Positions 49,876-59,985 of a stretch of DNA of 64,000 nt are shown one piece after another. The translations under genes were made by a program, and so were the position numbers. Under the pieces are notes generated by a model, which saw only the letters and a list, made by a program, of their open reading frames with translations, ran no database searches and was not told the origin of the DNA. Location of the stretch: contig JBHLOY010000009.1 of assembly GCA_048939995.1 (NCBI GenBank), forward strand, positions 64,001-128,000. The letters run 5' to 3'. The stretch comes from Promethearchaeota archaeon (GTDB taxonomy: Archaea; Asgardarchaeota; Lokiarchaeia; Sigyniarchaeales; SOKP01). Numbering within the stretch: position 1 is the first letter of the stretch; every line of letters starts with the position of its first letter.

Positions 49876-50361
49876 TTATTTAGATCTCTTTCTCTTACTT
49901 ATTTCTATAAATTCAATAATTGTGCCAAAGATGTTCTCAGTATCCATATACATGTATTCTAATTTACCAAAATTAAAAAATCCAGTTTGTATAACGTTTA
50001 ACTCCTTGTTCTGAAAGTGACTTTTATAATTTTCAAGATTTTCTACGTAACACCCGATATGATGCAGTCCCTCCTTTTTAGCATCTACAAATTCTTTATA
50101 AATACAATCACCAATTAGCCATTGAAACAGCTCAATGGTTGTACCAAAACATCGACTGACTCCAATCTTCAAAGAAAATTTGGTTTCTCTCCCTCGATAA
50201 ATAGCAGACTGGTCAATAGCTTCCGAAAAGTTGAACTTTGGCATTTTAAATAAAGATTCCATCACTTCTACTTGCTTCTCTGCCTCCTTATAAATAAAGC
50301 ATAGATGGTCTATTTTTAGATTCCTAAAATCAATATCAATTTGAGGTTCCATATTAATCAA
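49876..50361 (-). CDS. VOC/glyoxalase family (methylmalonyl-CoA epimerase-like)
   Basis: IDHL, IELFQ, GLHHIG, IIEFIE. Confidence 0.8.
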   Translation of the reverse strand: MINMEPQIDIDFRNLKIDHLCFIYKEAEKQVEVMESLFKMPKFNFSEAIDQSAIYRGRETKFSLKIGVSRCFGTTIELFQWLIGDCIYKEFVDAKKEGLHHIGCYVENLENYKSHFQNKELNVIQTGFFNFGKLEYMYMDTENIFGTIIEFIEISKRKRSK

Positions 50362-50432
50362 TAACTCTATGAATTATTAAATTATAATAAGCTAGGATAT
50401 AAAATTTTTTAATCAAAAATTAAACAATTTTG

Positions 50433-52160
50433 CTAGTATTTTGCAAAGGGTGTAAGATCAATATCCATAAAGAGGCCATCATTAGCCTCAAGAGTTCCAA
50501 GAAAATGCCATTCTCCCTCGTCCACATGCTGTCCACTTCCAAATTTCGAAGCCATATCATATAGGCGATTAAAATTCTCATAATGAAGTGCTATTCGATT
50601 TTCAGCGTAATCTCGAGCGGACCAAGTAGTCATTAGAAATTGCCAGTCTGAACTTTGCAGAAGCAATAATTCTCTAGCCATTTGTTTTAAGATTTTAATT
50701 AAATGTTCATTTGATGAATCTTTGTATTTACTCATGATCTCTTCGCTTTTTGCTTCACATTCATAGATTTTTTCCCATGTCCACGTTGTCCATTCATTCA
50801 ACCAGACCCAGTGCGAACTTCCTTGGCCCCAACTGCCTTCAATTATTTGAACTACCTTATTAGGGGAATTTTCTTCTATAAAAAGTCTTGTATTTGTTAA
50901 ATCAATCGCAGGATCATCTTCAATCCATCTTAGGATTCTTGCTAGCCACCAATTCCCCTCAAACCACCAATGTCCAAAGAGTTCACAATCATAGGGGGCT
51001 ACAATTATTCCGTTATTCCCAAATTTTGCTCTATAATCCATAAGAATGTCTTTAATGAGTTGCACATAATGACCAGCATTTTCATCTAATTTTCTTGGGA
51101 CGTCATCTGGCCAGTAAAGCCATTTTTCTCCCAGATCAACTTTGGGACCTGTGACACGCCAATAACGCATCCCTCCAGGCCAATGTTTTTTATGAAATTC
51201 TAAATATTCTGCACAGCCAGGATAGCCGTGTTCTCCGCTCCAAACTACAATTCCTGTTCTTTCATCTCTTGTAAAGAATGCTACCGGAGCTTCCGTTGAC
51301 GGATCAGTCGAGACCAGATAGGCTTCATATTGTGACTTTTCAAAAGAGGTAGGTATTTCTTCATATTGATCTGCAAATTGTTTCCATAATTCTTTCAATA
51401 GAGGGAATCTTGCTGCATAGACACCTTGAGATTTTCCTCCTAATAATAAAGCTGTATCAACAAAAAAATACTTTAAACCATTTTTTGCAAGAAAGTATTC
51501 TATACCAGGTCGATTATATTCTTCCCCAGTAATGGGATTCTTCCATCGATATCCCGGACGATAGGCACATTCAGGTAACCATGTTCCTGTTGGCCTTCTA
51601 CCAAAATGCATCTCATAGTTATCTACTGCGGTTTTAAATTGAGCGTTAATAGAAGTATCCTTTGAAAGTAACGGAGCATATCCATGTGTAGCTCCACATG
51701 TTATAATGTCCAAAAGTCCATCATCTTGCAGTTTTTTAAATCCTCCCACAATATCTCTGTTAAATCGATGTATAAAGTCATCTCTTATTCTTTCATAGAA
51801 TTCTTGCCACCATTTCGCTAATTTAATTCTACCCTCTTCATATTTATTAGTAGTAAAATCATCATAATCGTGAAGAGTAGCAGCAACCTTCTCATCTAAA
51901 TAACCAATAAAGCCATCAACAAAAGAAGGGTGTCTTAACATCTCACATAAGACAGGGGTGATGCCTATGGTAAGCTTTGGATGGTATCCATCCTCTACAA
52001 GCTTATAAAGTTCTTGGAGTAGAGGTATGTAGGTTTCTGCAGCTGCTTCATTGGTCCAGCTCATCCCGTGAGGCCATATTCCATGATTTAGAACCCACGG
52101 AAGGTGGGAATGCAATACTAACACGAAAGAGCCTAATTTATCTGGCATTATTTTTACCAA
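50433..52160 (-). CDS. GH57 1,4-alpha-glucan branching enzyme
   Basis: HSHLPW, ETYIP, THGYAP, WLPECAY, PYDCELFGHWW, SSDWQF. Confidence 0.9.
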   Translation of the reverse strand: MVKIMPDKLGSFVLVLHSHLPWVLNHGIWPHGMSWTNEAAAETYIPLLQELYKLVEDGYHPKLTIGITPVLCEMLRHPSFVDGFIGYLDEKVAATLHDYDDFTTNKYEEGRIKLAKWWQEFYERIRDDFIHRFNRDIVGGFKKLQDDGLLDIITCGATHGYAPLLSKDTSINAQFKTAVDNYEMHFGRRPTGTWLPECAYRPGYRWKNPITGEEYNRPGIEYFLAKNGLKYFFVDTALLLGGKSQGVYAARFPLLKELWKQFADQYEEIPTSFEKSQYEAYLVSTDPSTEAPVAFFTRDERTGIVVWSGEHGYPGCAEYLEFHKKHWPGGMRYWRVTGPKVDLGEKWLYWPDDVPRKLDENAGHYVQLIKDILMDYRAKFGNNGIIVAPYDCELFGHWWFEGNWWLARILRWIEDDPAIDLTNTRLFIEENSPNKVVQIIEGSWGQGSSHWVWLNEWTTWTWEKIYECEAKSEEIMSKYKDSSNEHLIKILKQMARELLLLQSSDWQFLMTTWSARDYAENRIALHYENFNRLYDMASKFGSGQHVDEGEWHFLGTLEANDGLFMDIDLTPFAKY

Positions 52161-52338
52161 TTGAATATTAATAATTAATTAAATTTATTGGAGCGTGGAT
52201 TATAAAGTTTTTAAATTTTTAAGGTAATTAATTTTTTCGATTTTTTAAAACAGTTAAAGTTATAAACTCAAAACTAGCTATATAATATATAATTTCCAAT
52301 TGACTTTTTTCAAATAATTCAAATTTTAAATGATTTAG

Positions 52339-53733
52339 ATGGTTCAAGATCTAGAGACCTTAAATAAGAATGGTCGAATAGTAGGTCGTGCAAATTATAT
52401 TTTTACACCAGAGGTTTCAAGCTCAATTGGTTCTATTCATGGAAGCATGTTTAAGGAAAATGAAACTGTTGTAATTGGTAGAGATTATCACAACGATAGT
52501 CGGATGTTAAAAAGAGCATACACTTCAGGTCTTATGAGTACTGGTGTTAATATATTGAATTTATCTGATTGTACCTATCCTCTTTTACAGTTTACAATAA
52601 GAAGATTTGGGGCTACAGGGGGAACTTATTTTTCTGGAGGACATTTATATAGTGAGGATGTTGGTGTTAGATTTGTTGATGCGGGAGGTATAGAGTTTGC
52701 ACCAACTGAAATTGAGAAAATAATAAGATCTTATAATATATACCCTCAGAAGGTAAGAAGAGTAGAACCTAGTAAAATAGGTCAAATAACAGCAATTCCT
52801 CAAACTCAGGATGTATATATCAAATCTTTAGAACAATTTGTGGATAAAAAAAGAATTAAAGGAGCAGCTCTTAAGATTGTTGTAGATTGTTCATATGGGC
52901 CTACAGGGAAAATAACCCCGATATTAATAAATGATATTGGTGTTGAAGTTATTGCTTTAAACACGCATTATCGTCAACGAGAGCAGGTGCCTGTCCCCAG
53001 TATTAATACTATTAAAAATACTGCTAATATAGTAAAAGCTTCAAATAGTCATTTAGGCGTTTGTTTTGATGTTGATGGTTCGAGAATACTAGTTTTGGAT
53101 GAAAATGGTTTAGAAATAAATTATGAAGATTTATTAATGCTATTTATATCATATGATGAGCGTATTCAAAAATCTAAATCAAGTACAGTAATTATAACAC
53201 CTTCAATTTCCTCAGTAGTAACGAATTTCATTCAAGAATCAGGATTTCCAATAAAACTTGTTGAAAATCTTCCTGGGGAAATTTCGCGACAAATTAGAGA
53301 AGAAAGAGCCTGTTTTGCTGCAGCAGATACATTTAAGTTTTACTTCCCGCAATATAGTCCTTTCAGTGATGGAAATTTCATCTTATTGAAAATTCTTGAA
53401 ATTATGACTGCTCAAAAAGACCTTTTGAGTTCACTAACTAGAGGTTTTCCAAAGGGAATTAAGGTAAGCAAAACAATCCCAGTTTCAGACAATTTAGCTA
53501 ATAATATCCACAATACCTTAATAAAATTCACAGAGGAGAATAATTTAAAATATCAAGACATCATTAATGAACTTAAAATTATTGGTGATGATGTATTCAC
53601 TAATATTAAAGTTGCATTGAATCGAAATGCAATACTTCTGTCAGCAGAATCAGAGGATTCATTAAAATCTAAAAAAATGATTGAAGAGCTATCAAAGATT
53701 ATATCTGAATTAGAATTATTACATGAAAAATAA
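52339..53733 (+). CDS. Phosphohexomutase (PGM/PMM)-like protein with degenerate active site
   Basis: VIGRD..SRMLKRA..GL.S.G, VVDCSYG; SGGH in place of TASH, DVDGSR in place of DxDxDR. Confidence 0.75.
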   Translation: MVQDLETLNKNGRIVGRANYIFTPEVSSSIGSIHGSMFKENETVVIGRDYHNDSRMLKRAYTSGLMSTGVNILNLSDCTYPLLQFTIRRFGATGGTYFSGGHLYSEDVGVRFVDAGGIEFAPTEIEKIIRSYNIYPQKVRRVEPSKIGQITAIPQTQDVYIKSLEQFVDKKRIKGAALKIVVDCSYGPTGKITPILINDIGVEVIALNTHYRQREQVPVPSINTIKNTANIVKASNSHLGVCFDVDGSRILVLDENGLEINYEDLLMLFISYDERIQKSKSSTVIITPSISSVVTNFIQESGFPIKLVENLPGEISRQIREERACFAAADTFKFYFPQYSPFSDGNFILLKILEIMTAQKDLLSSLTRGFPKGIKVSKTIPVSDNLANNIHNTLIKFTEENNLKYQDIINELKIIGDDVFTNIKVALNRNAILLSAESEDSLKSKKMIEELSKIISELELLHEK

Positions 53734-53818
53734 TCAACAATCTATTAAAGATTTAAAAAATAAGACTTTATATAAATAATAATAAAATGAAAATTAAAAA
53801 TAAAAAGGAATCTTAATC

Positions 53819-54520
53819 ATGGCATTCACCATTGATACAATAATATTTTTAATAACATTTTTCATCATTTTTGGAGTTTTTTTAATATTTGATGTATTCA
53901 AAAGGAATGAGAAATATGGATATCTTGCCTATATTATAGCACTTTTGCCTTCTGATTATCTCTGGGGTCTCGGTTTTGATGTTCTCGGGGTTTATTTAGT
54001 TCTATTTATCCTTTGGGATATATGTTTAATTCGTGATTTATTTGGTGTAGCATCGCAGAAGAAGGAAATAAACGAGATTATTCTTTATTTTGTATTGGCG
54101 ATTATCATTCAAATTATTCTCACTGCTATTCTCCCCGTTTCAGTTCCTTTCATGCAAACGAATACAATCCCATATTGGTTTTTTTATATGCCGGATATCT
54201 ATACAGATACATTTCTAATCGAACCATGGGTAGATCTAGGGATTTTGATGGGTTTTAGAATAGCAGCATCAATGAGTGTGGGTTTAGTTATTATTCCGTT
54301 ACTCATTGACTTAAAGGGAGAAGAAGTTCCAATACCAGTATTTATAATAATTATAGCCCTCTTTATTCTGCCTTTTCTGTATTTAAGCTATGTATGGTTG
54401 CCTGAGGCGATGGCAGTATTAACAGTTCTTTTTTCGGTTATATTGTTCATTATTTTACTTATTATAACTAGAAGTGGGAAGGAAGCTCAAATAAAATTGA
54501 CTCCACAAAAGAAAAAGTAA
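53819..54520 (+). CDS. Hypothetical polytopic membrane protein
   Basis: About 7 hydrophobic helices. Confidence 0.7.
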   Translation: MAFTIDTIIFLITFFIIFGVFLIFDVFKRNEKYGYLAYIIALLPSDYLWGLGFDVLGVYLVLFILWDICLIRDLFGVASQKKEINEIILYFVLAIIIQIILTAILPVSVPFMQTNTIPYWFFYMPDIYTDTFLIEPWVDLGILMGFRIAASMSVGLVIIPLLIDLKGEEVPIPVFIIIIALFILPFLYLSYVWLPEAMAVLTVLFSVILFIILLIITRSGKEAQIKLTPQKKK

Positions 54521-54589
54521 ATCTGTATTTTTTATTCTTAATTAATAATTTATTAAATTATAATAAAGTGAAAGGAAAACAATCTGATA

Positions 54590-55591
54590 ATGGCGAAAAA
54601 AAAAAATAGTCAATCAGATGAGGAATCTAAAATAATTGAAAATCAAAATATAGTAAAATTTCAATTAGAAGACATCCCAGGGATAGGAGAAGCTACATTA
54701 AAAAAGCTTAAGGAGGCAGGAATTATATCTACGCGAACTTTAGCCGTTTATCCACTTACTAAATTAGTTGAGGAAGCTGGAATTGGAGAAAAAACAGCTC
54801 AAAAAATAATAAAATCTGCTCAAGAAGTTGAAAAAATGGGTTTTAAGTCTGCCGATATTATTTGGGAAAAAAGAAAAACACTAAAAAAATTAACGACTGG
54901 AAGTCAAAATTTAGATGATTTATTGGGGGGTGGTATTGAAACTGGTGCAGTTACTGAGCTCTACGGAGAGTATCGAACAGGAAAAACACAAATAGCGCAT
55001 CAATTATGTGTCAATGTACAATTACCTTATGAGGAGGGAGGTATTGGAGGTAATGCCTTATATATCGATTCTGAAGGTACTTTTAGACCAGAACGTATTG
55101 TACAAATGGCATCAGCAAAGGATTTGGATTATAATAAGATATTGCGGAATATTACATATGGAAGAGCATATAATAGTGATCATCAAGTACTATTGGTAAA
55201 AGAAGCTCCAAAAATTATTGAAGAGAAAAATATTAAATTAGTGATAATCGATTCAATAATAGGTCATTTTCGCAGCGAGTATGTGGGAAGAGGAACTCTA
55301 GCCAATAGACAACAGATATTGAATGGTCATATTCATGATCTTCTAAGATTAACTGAGATATTTGATGAATTAGCTGTTGTTTTTACAAATCAAGTTTCTG
55401 CTAGACCAGATGTATTTTATGGAGATCCTCTTAGAGCAACTGGTGGAAATGTGATAGCCCATGGGGCTACAATTAGAATACGCTTAAGAAAAGGAAAAGG
55501 TGAGCAGAGAATTGCCAAAATGATTGATGCTCCACATCTACCAGAAGAAGAAGCTGTGTTTTCTATTACTGAAGATGGACTAGCAGATTAG
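54590..55591 (+). CDS. radA: DNA repair and recombination protein RadA
   Basis: HhH N-domain, FKSA polymerisation motif, GEYRTGKT, YIDSEGTFRPER, GRGTLANRQQ. Confidence 0.95.
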   Translation: MAKKKNSQSDEESKIIENQNIVKFQLEDIPGIGEATLKKLKEAGIISTRTLAVYPLTKLVEEAGIGEKTAQKIIKSAQEVEKMGFKSADIIWEKRKTLKKLTTGSQNLDDLLGGGIETGAVTELYGEYRTGKTQIAHQLCVNVQLPYEEGGIGGNALYIDSEGTFRPERIVQMASAKDLDYNKILRNITYGRAYNSDHQVLLVKEAPKIIEEKNIKLVIIDSIIGHFRSEYVGRGTLANRQQILNGHIHDLLRLTEIFDELAVVFTNQVSARPDVFYGDPLRATGGNVIAHGATIRIRLRKGKGEQRIAKMIDAPHLPEEEAVFSITEDGLAD

Positions 55592-55630
55592 AAGAGCTTA
55601 TAAAGCTAGAGAACTATAAAATCCTCTCTT

Positions 55631-56077
55631 TTAATAATTGAGATTTACTTCTACGTCTATTCCTTCTCTTACCGCTTGAGTGACAATGCAATAATTCTCA
55701 AACATTTTTCTGCACTGATCAGCTCTTTTACGCGTTTCAGGGTCCTCAATCTTAGAATTAATATCCACATTGATTTTTTTAACTCTCCAAAATCCTTTTT
55801 CATTGCGTGCTACGGTCACTTCTGCTTCTGCTTTTAAATCTTTTAAATTGAATTCTCGCTTTTTTAGACAGAAAATAAAACTAGCACTAAGGCATCCCAA
55901 AACGGCTAAGCCTAACATCCTTGAAGGATTTGGCCCTAACATATCTACTTCATCTTTATGAGTATCATCTATATAACAATCCTTTACTTTCATCTCTCCT
56001 AGATCACATTTAAATATCATTTCTTCTTCCAAAGAAATTCGAACTTTAGTTTTTATTGTTTCTGTCATATTTCTCAC
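55631..56077 (-). CDS. OsmC/Ohr family protein
   Basis: GPNP..ML..AVLGC ... YCIV two-Cys signature. Confidence 0.8.
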   Translation of the reverse strand: MRNMTETIKTKVRISLEEEMIFKCDLGEMKVKDCYIDDTHKDEVDMLGPNPSRMLGLAVLGCLSASFIFCLKKREFNLKDLKAEAEVTVARNEKGFWRVKKINVDINSKIEDPETRKRADQCRKMFENYCIVTQAVREGIDVEVNLNY

Positions 56078-56174
56078 CAGAATCTGTAAAAGTTATTTTT
56101 ATTATTTTAGATTCTTCTGAAATTCTTAAGGTTTATTTATATAAAATATAAGTCATCAAATCAACCTTTAAAGA

Positions 56175-56765
56175 TTAGTTAGCTTCGCCTTTTTTTAAAT
56201 AGAAATGACGTTGTAAATGAAAAATCAAAAAGGGAAAATAAAATAAAATGATTAGAAAAAATTGAAAAGCAAAGTTAATGAGGAAAATAAACATCAGAAC
56301 AAATAAAAGAACTTCAATTGCCAAACAAAATTTACTATTGTAATATTTTTCATCAAAAAATGATTCAGGTTTCTTGTAATTTGATAAATATTTTGACATA
56401 TTGTCAAATTCTTCTTTTGAGATTAATAGTTTTAAGCCGACTTGTTTTTTGGGGAAATAGAAAACATTTGTGCCCCAGTCAAAGGTATCTATAACTATAT
56501 GTATAAAATATGCCATTCCACTAAAAATTAAAATTATCAAAGAGAAAATAATCCCAATTAAAATCATGAAGACACTAGGGAGGAGTGAATGTGAAATTAG
56601 CATCCTATGATTATGATCTTTTGCATATTTGGAGAAAAACACATCAAAATCACATATAAAGGAAAAAATTACAATTAATACAAATTCATTGAGGTTAAAG
56701 GTGAAAAAATAATTTAATATCGAAGAAAATATAACACCTACGGCAAAATGTGAATTTATGTGTAT
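56175..56765 (-). CDS. Membrane-bound metal-dependent hydrolase-like protein (extended 41 codons to a putative ATA start)
   Basis: Frame open upstream of 56642: IHINSHFAVG..ICDFD; HR..SHS, HIVID; AGGTGA RBS 6 nt before ATA 56765. Confidence 0.55.
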   Translation of the reverse strand: MHINSHFAVGVIFSSILNYFFTFNLNEFVLIVIFSFICDFDVFFSKYAKDHNHRMLISHSLLPSVFMILIGIIFSLIILIFSGMAYFIHIVIDTFDWGTNVFYFPKKQVGLKLLISKEEFDNMSKYLSNYKKPESFFDEKYYNSKFCLAIEVLLFVLMFIFLINFAFQFFLIILFYFPFLIFHLQRHFYLKKGEAN

Positions 56766-57751
56766 TTGAAATCACCTAATATAGTTCCTTTGTTTACTCG
56801 TTTTATTACTTTTGATTTGCATTGAAACCCATCTGGACCTTTTTTTTCCACTAAAAAAGATGCTGCCGCGGATGCTAAATAAGCAGAATTCCTCACAGCC
56901 TCCCAAGATTTATTAGAACTAAGAAATTCGTGCAAAAATATTGCTAAGTAAACGTCCCCCGCCCCCGTCTCATCAACAACTTTTTTAGCTTTAAATGCCG
57001 GAATGTTCATTATCTCTTGTCCTTTCTTAATGACTCTTGAACCTGCTTCGCCAAGGGTCATGATATAGATTCCATTGTTATCGAACTTATTAAAGTAATA
57101 CATAACTTCGTCTAAATCGTTATTGTTAGACAATAGTTTCATTTCTATTTCAGAACCTTTTAATATTAATCTGTCACCAACTAAATCAATAATAGCTTTC
57201 ATATTTTTCATTAGATCTGAATTCCACACATATGAAACTTTACCATCATTATCAATATGCCTGATAAAACCTTGAACATCTAAACCAATGAATACGTCAG
57301 GAAATGCTTCTAAAATCTTAGATACATAACTATAAGAAATTTCATTACATAATGGAACTAAAACAATTACATTAGGTTTATTAGCAATAAATTCCCCAGG
57401 AAAGTCTTCAAAATTTAGGTTCGGACTTTTAGTTTTAAGAGTTAATGCTCGTGAATGATTAATATAATCTAATACAAATTGTGTATTATTAGTTTTTAAT
57501 GATTTTATACCTCTTAAATCAATATTATTATTTTTTAATAAATCTAACAAAGCCATGTTAAAATTTAATATACCTAAATTGGATATTATTCTAATAGATC
57601 CATTTTGATCATATTTTCTTAACGCTAGTGAGCCAAATGATACGCTTCCTCCCAAGGAGGGTTTTCTTAATTTCTTAAAACGTATTATGGAATCGACAGC
57701 TAAATGACCAATGAACAAAAATGATAATTGCTTCGGTTTATTTTCGCTCAT
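56756..57751 (-). CDS. PfkB-family carbohydrate kinase
   Basis: GGS, MTLGEAGS, VDETGAGD. Confidence 0.85.
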   Translation of the reverse strand: MSENKPKQLSFLFIGHLAVDSIIRFKKLRKPSLGGSVSFGSLALRKYDQNGSIRIISNLGILNFNMALLDLLKNNNIDLRGIKSLKTNNTQFVLDYINHSRALTLKTKSPNLNFEDFPGEFIANKPNVIVLVPLCNEISYSYVSKILEAFPDVFIGLDVQGFIRHIDNDGKVSYVWNSDLMKNMKAIIDLVGDRLILKGSEIEMKLLSNNNDLDEVMYYFNKFDNNGIYIMTLGEAGSRVIKKGQEIMNIPAFKAKKVVDETGAGDVYLAIFLHEFLSSNKSWEAVRNSAYLASAAASFLVEKKGPDGFQCKSKVIKRVNKGTILGDFKYT

Positions 57752-57854
57752 GTTTCCTATTTTGTAATTTCCTATTATTGAAAAAAGTTTTGATAAGAAT
57801 TCATAATTCTAAAAGAAGTAACCAATAAAAATAGTTCTAATTTATGAGCGTAAA

Positions 57855-58934
57855 TTAAAGACCAATTGATTCTTGTAATTCCTTAATTTTCTGATCTTTT
57901 TCTTGGATTGTGGTTTTTAATTTATTTATGCTTTTTTGTAATTCTTCCACAAGATTAGTCATAGGTCCAGAATTAGGTCCTTCTTGTGCTGTTTGTGATA
58001 GTTTTAATTGGATGATCTGTTCTTCTTTTTCTTTCAATTTTAATTCTAAAGCACTTATTTTCTCTTCAGAAGCTGATGAAACTTCCTTTGAAACAGTTTT
58101 TTTTAAAGAATTCTGTAATTCAGTTAGATCTTTTTTCAAAGCTTCATTTTCTTCCCTTAAATTGATTATATCTTCTGGACTAAATTTCAAACCTTTTTGA
58201 TCTAGCATTTCCTTAAGTTGGGACTTCTCTTTTGTAAGTTTATCAATTACTCTTTTGTATTTGTTTAAATCTGCTTGTAAGTCTTGACAAAGCTGTTCTA
58301 AAGGCTGTGAAGAGCTTACGTGAGGTTTTGGTTTGATAACTTCAGGTTGTTCTATTGGTACAACATAATCAATTGGAAGACTTTTAATTTTTTCAACTAA
58401 TTGTTGATTAATAACTTCATTTTCAGCAGTTAGTTCTGATATTTTTGATTCTAATTCTGAAATGAGTGAATTTTTTTTTGTTAATTCTGATCTTAAATCC
58501 TCAATTAATGATCTACTTACAGTAGAATCCGAGCTAATCCCAGAAGCTTTTAGTCTTGATAATTCCTCTTCTTTAATCTTTATCTCTTCATCCTTCTCAA
58601 GCAAGAGTTTAACCATACTCTTTACTTTACTGTTTAATTCTAAATTTTCAGCCTCTAAATTTCCTAATTGAGTATTAATTTCTAATAAGGATTCATTTTC
58701 CACTTTTAATTTATCTTTCTCCTCAACGGTTATTCGGATGAGTTTTTCTGATCTACTAATCAAATCTATATTTTGAGAAATTTTTTTCCTTAGTTCTTCA
58801 TTTTCTTGCTCTAGTTTACTTAATTTATTTAAGGTATCCCCAATTATTGAGGGATTTTTATTATCGGTTTCCATCTTCTTTTTCCAAAGGGATATAAAAT
58901 CCTCAATCTTACCATTTTCATTTTCGTTGGGCAT
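57855..58934 (-). CDS. Long coiled-coil protein
   Basis: E/K/L heptads throughout, broken by Pro/Ser-rich linkers. Confidence 0.7.
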   Translation of the reverse strand: MPNENENGKIEDFISLWKKKMETDNKNPSIIGDTLNKLSKLEQENEELRKKISQNIDLISRSEKLIRITVEEKDKLKVENESLLEINTQLGNLEAENLELNSKVKSMVKLLLEKDEEIKIKEEELSRLKASGISSDSTVSRSLIEDLRSELTKKNSLISELESKISELTAENEVINQQLVEKIKSLPIDYVVPIEQPEVIKPKPHVSSSQPLEQLCQDLQADLNKYKRVIDKLTKEKSQLKEMLDQKGLKFSPEDIINLREENEALKKDLTELQNSLKKTVSKEVSSASEEKISALELKLKEKEEQIIQLKLSQTAQEGPNSGPMTNLVEELQKSINKLKTTIQEKDQKIKELQESIGL

Positions 58935-58976
58935 AGCTCTTCAAAATTCTTTTATTCATATAATGAAATATTTGAT

Positions 58977-59867
58977 TTATTTAATAATTATCCCAGAAAA
59001 ATATCCAACACAATATCCATGAAAATTTCCTGTTTTTTCAGAACTCGTATAATATTTTAATAATTTCCCTTCAGTTGCATTTAAATTTTTACCAATTAAC
59101 ATCAATGCTGTAATTGTTTGAGGTCCGCACACAGTTCTCCTAAGTGCAGTTTCGAGTGTTTTTGAAGGATTTAACTCTATAAAAGAATCAATAACTTTTT
59201 GATCTCCTTCCTTTAACTTTTTTAGATCATCAGTCCCATAAATTTCCTTATGGGTCATATCGGATGATGCTATAATGATTACATCTTTATTATATGTTTT
59301 AATTGCTTGTGATATATCTTTGGCCAATTTCTCTAACACACTATAATTTCTTATAGATATTATTATTGGGATTATTTTCACATCTTTATTTTGGGAACAA
59401 TATTTTATAAAAGGAAGTTGCACCTCAATATTATGTTCTCTTCCAAAAGGGTACCCAACGAAAGCCGATTCGTCCTTTTTTATAACTTCGCTAATATCTA
59501 GTATTTTTTTTGATAATTCTGTGTCTATTTTTAAATTTCCTATAGGTGTCTCCCATTCTCCTTTATCCATTAATGCAACTCCACCATAGCCTATATGGTC
59601 TGTTCCAAGAATTATAACTGTATCAGGGATTTTTTCTTTGAATAAATTTAAAAACGTAAAGGCAGCACAACAACCTGAATATATATATCCCGCATGAGGT
59701 GAGATTCCTCCTATAATGGATCTTGTGTCAAGATTTAATGTTTGAATTTCCTCACCTGGACCAAACTGCTTATCCAAAAATGATTGTTTAATTGTCTCGA
59801 TTAAAGTGGATTTGTTGCTAGGGTAAAAGTGACCCGCATTAGAAGCTTGTCTCATAGTCATTATCAT
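58977..59867 (-). CDS. MEMO1 family protein
   Basis: AGHFYP, PHAGYIYSG, WETPIG, EHNIEVQLPF, ASSDMTH, CG. Confidence 0.9.
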   Translation of the reverse strand: MIMTMRQASNAGHFYPSNKSTLIETIKQSFLDKQFGPGEEIQTLNLDTRSIIGGISPHAGYIYSGCCAAFTFLNLFKEKIPDTVIILGTDHIGYGGVALMDKGEWETPIGNLKIDTELSKKILDISEVIKKDESAFVGYPFGREHNIEVQLPFIKYCSQNKDVKIIPIIISIRNYSVLEKLAKDISQAIKTYNKDVIIIASSDMTHKEIYGTDDLKKLKEGDQKVIDSFIELNPSKTLETALRRTVCGPQTITALMLIGKNLNATEGKLLKYYTSSEKTGNFHGYCVGYFSGIIIK

Positions 59868-59985
59868 TCACATTAATTTTTCTTTTATACTTAAATCTAA
59901 GATTATTAATTTTTAAAATTTTTATTGTCATTATCTGCTTATGTGAAATTGATAGATTTATTAAAGTATATTTAATGATTCTATC

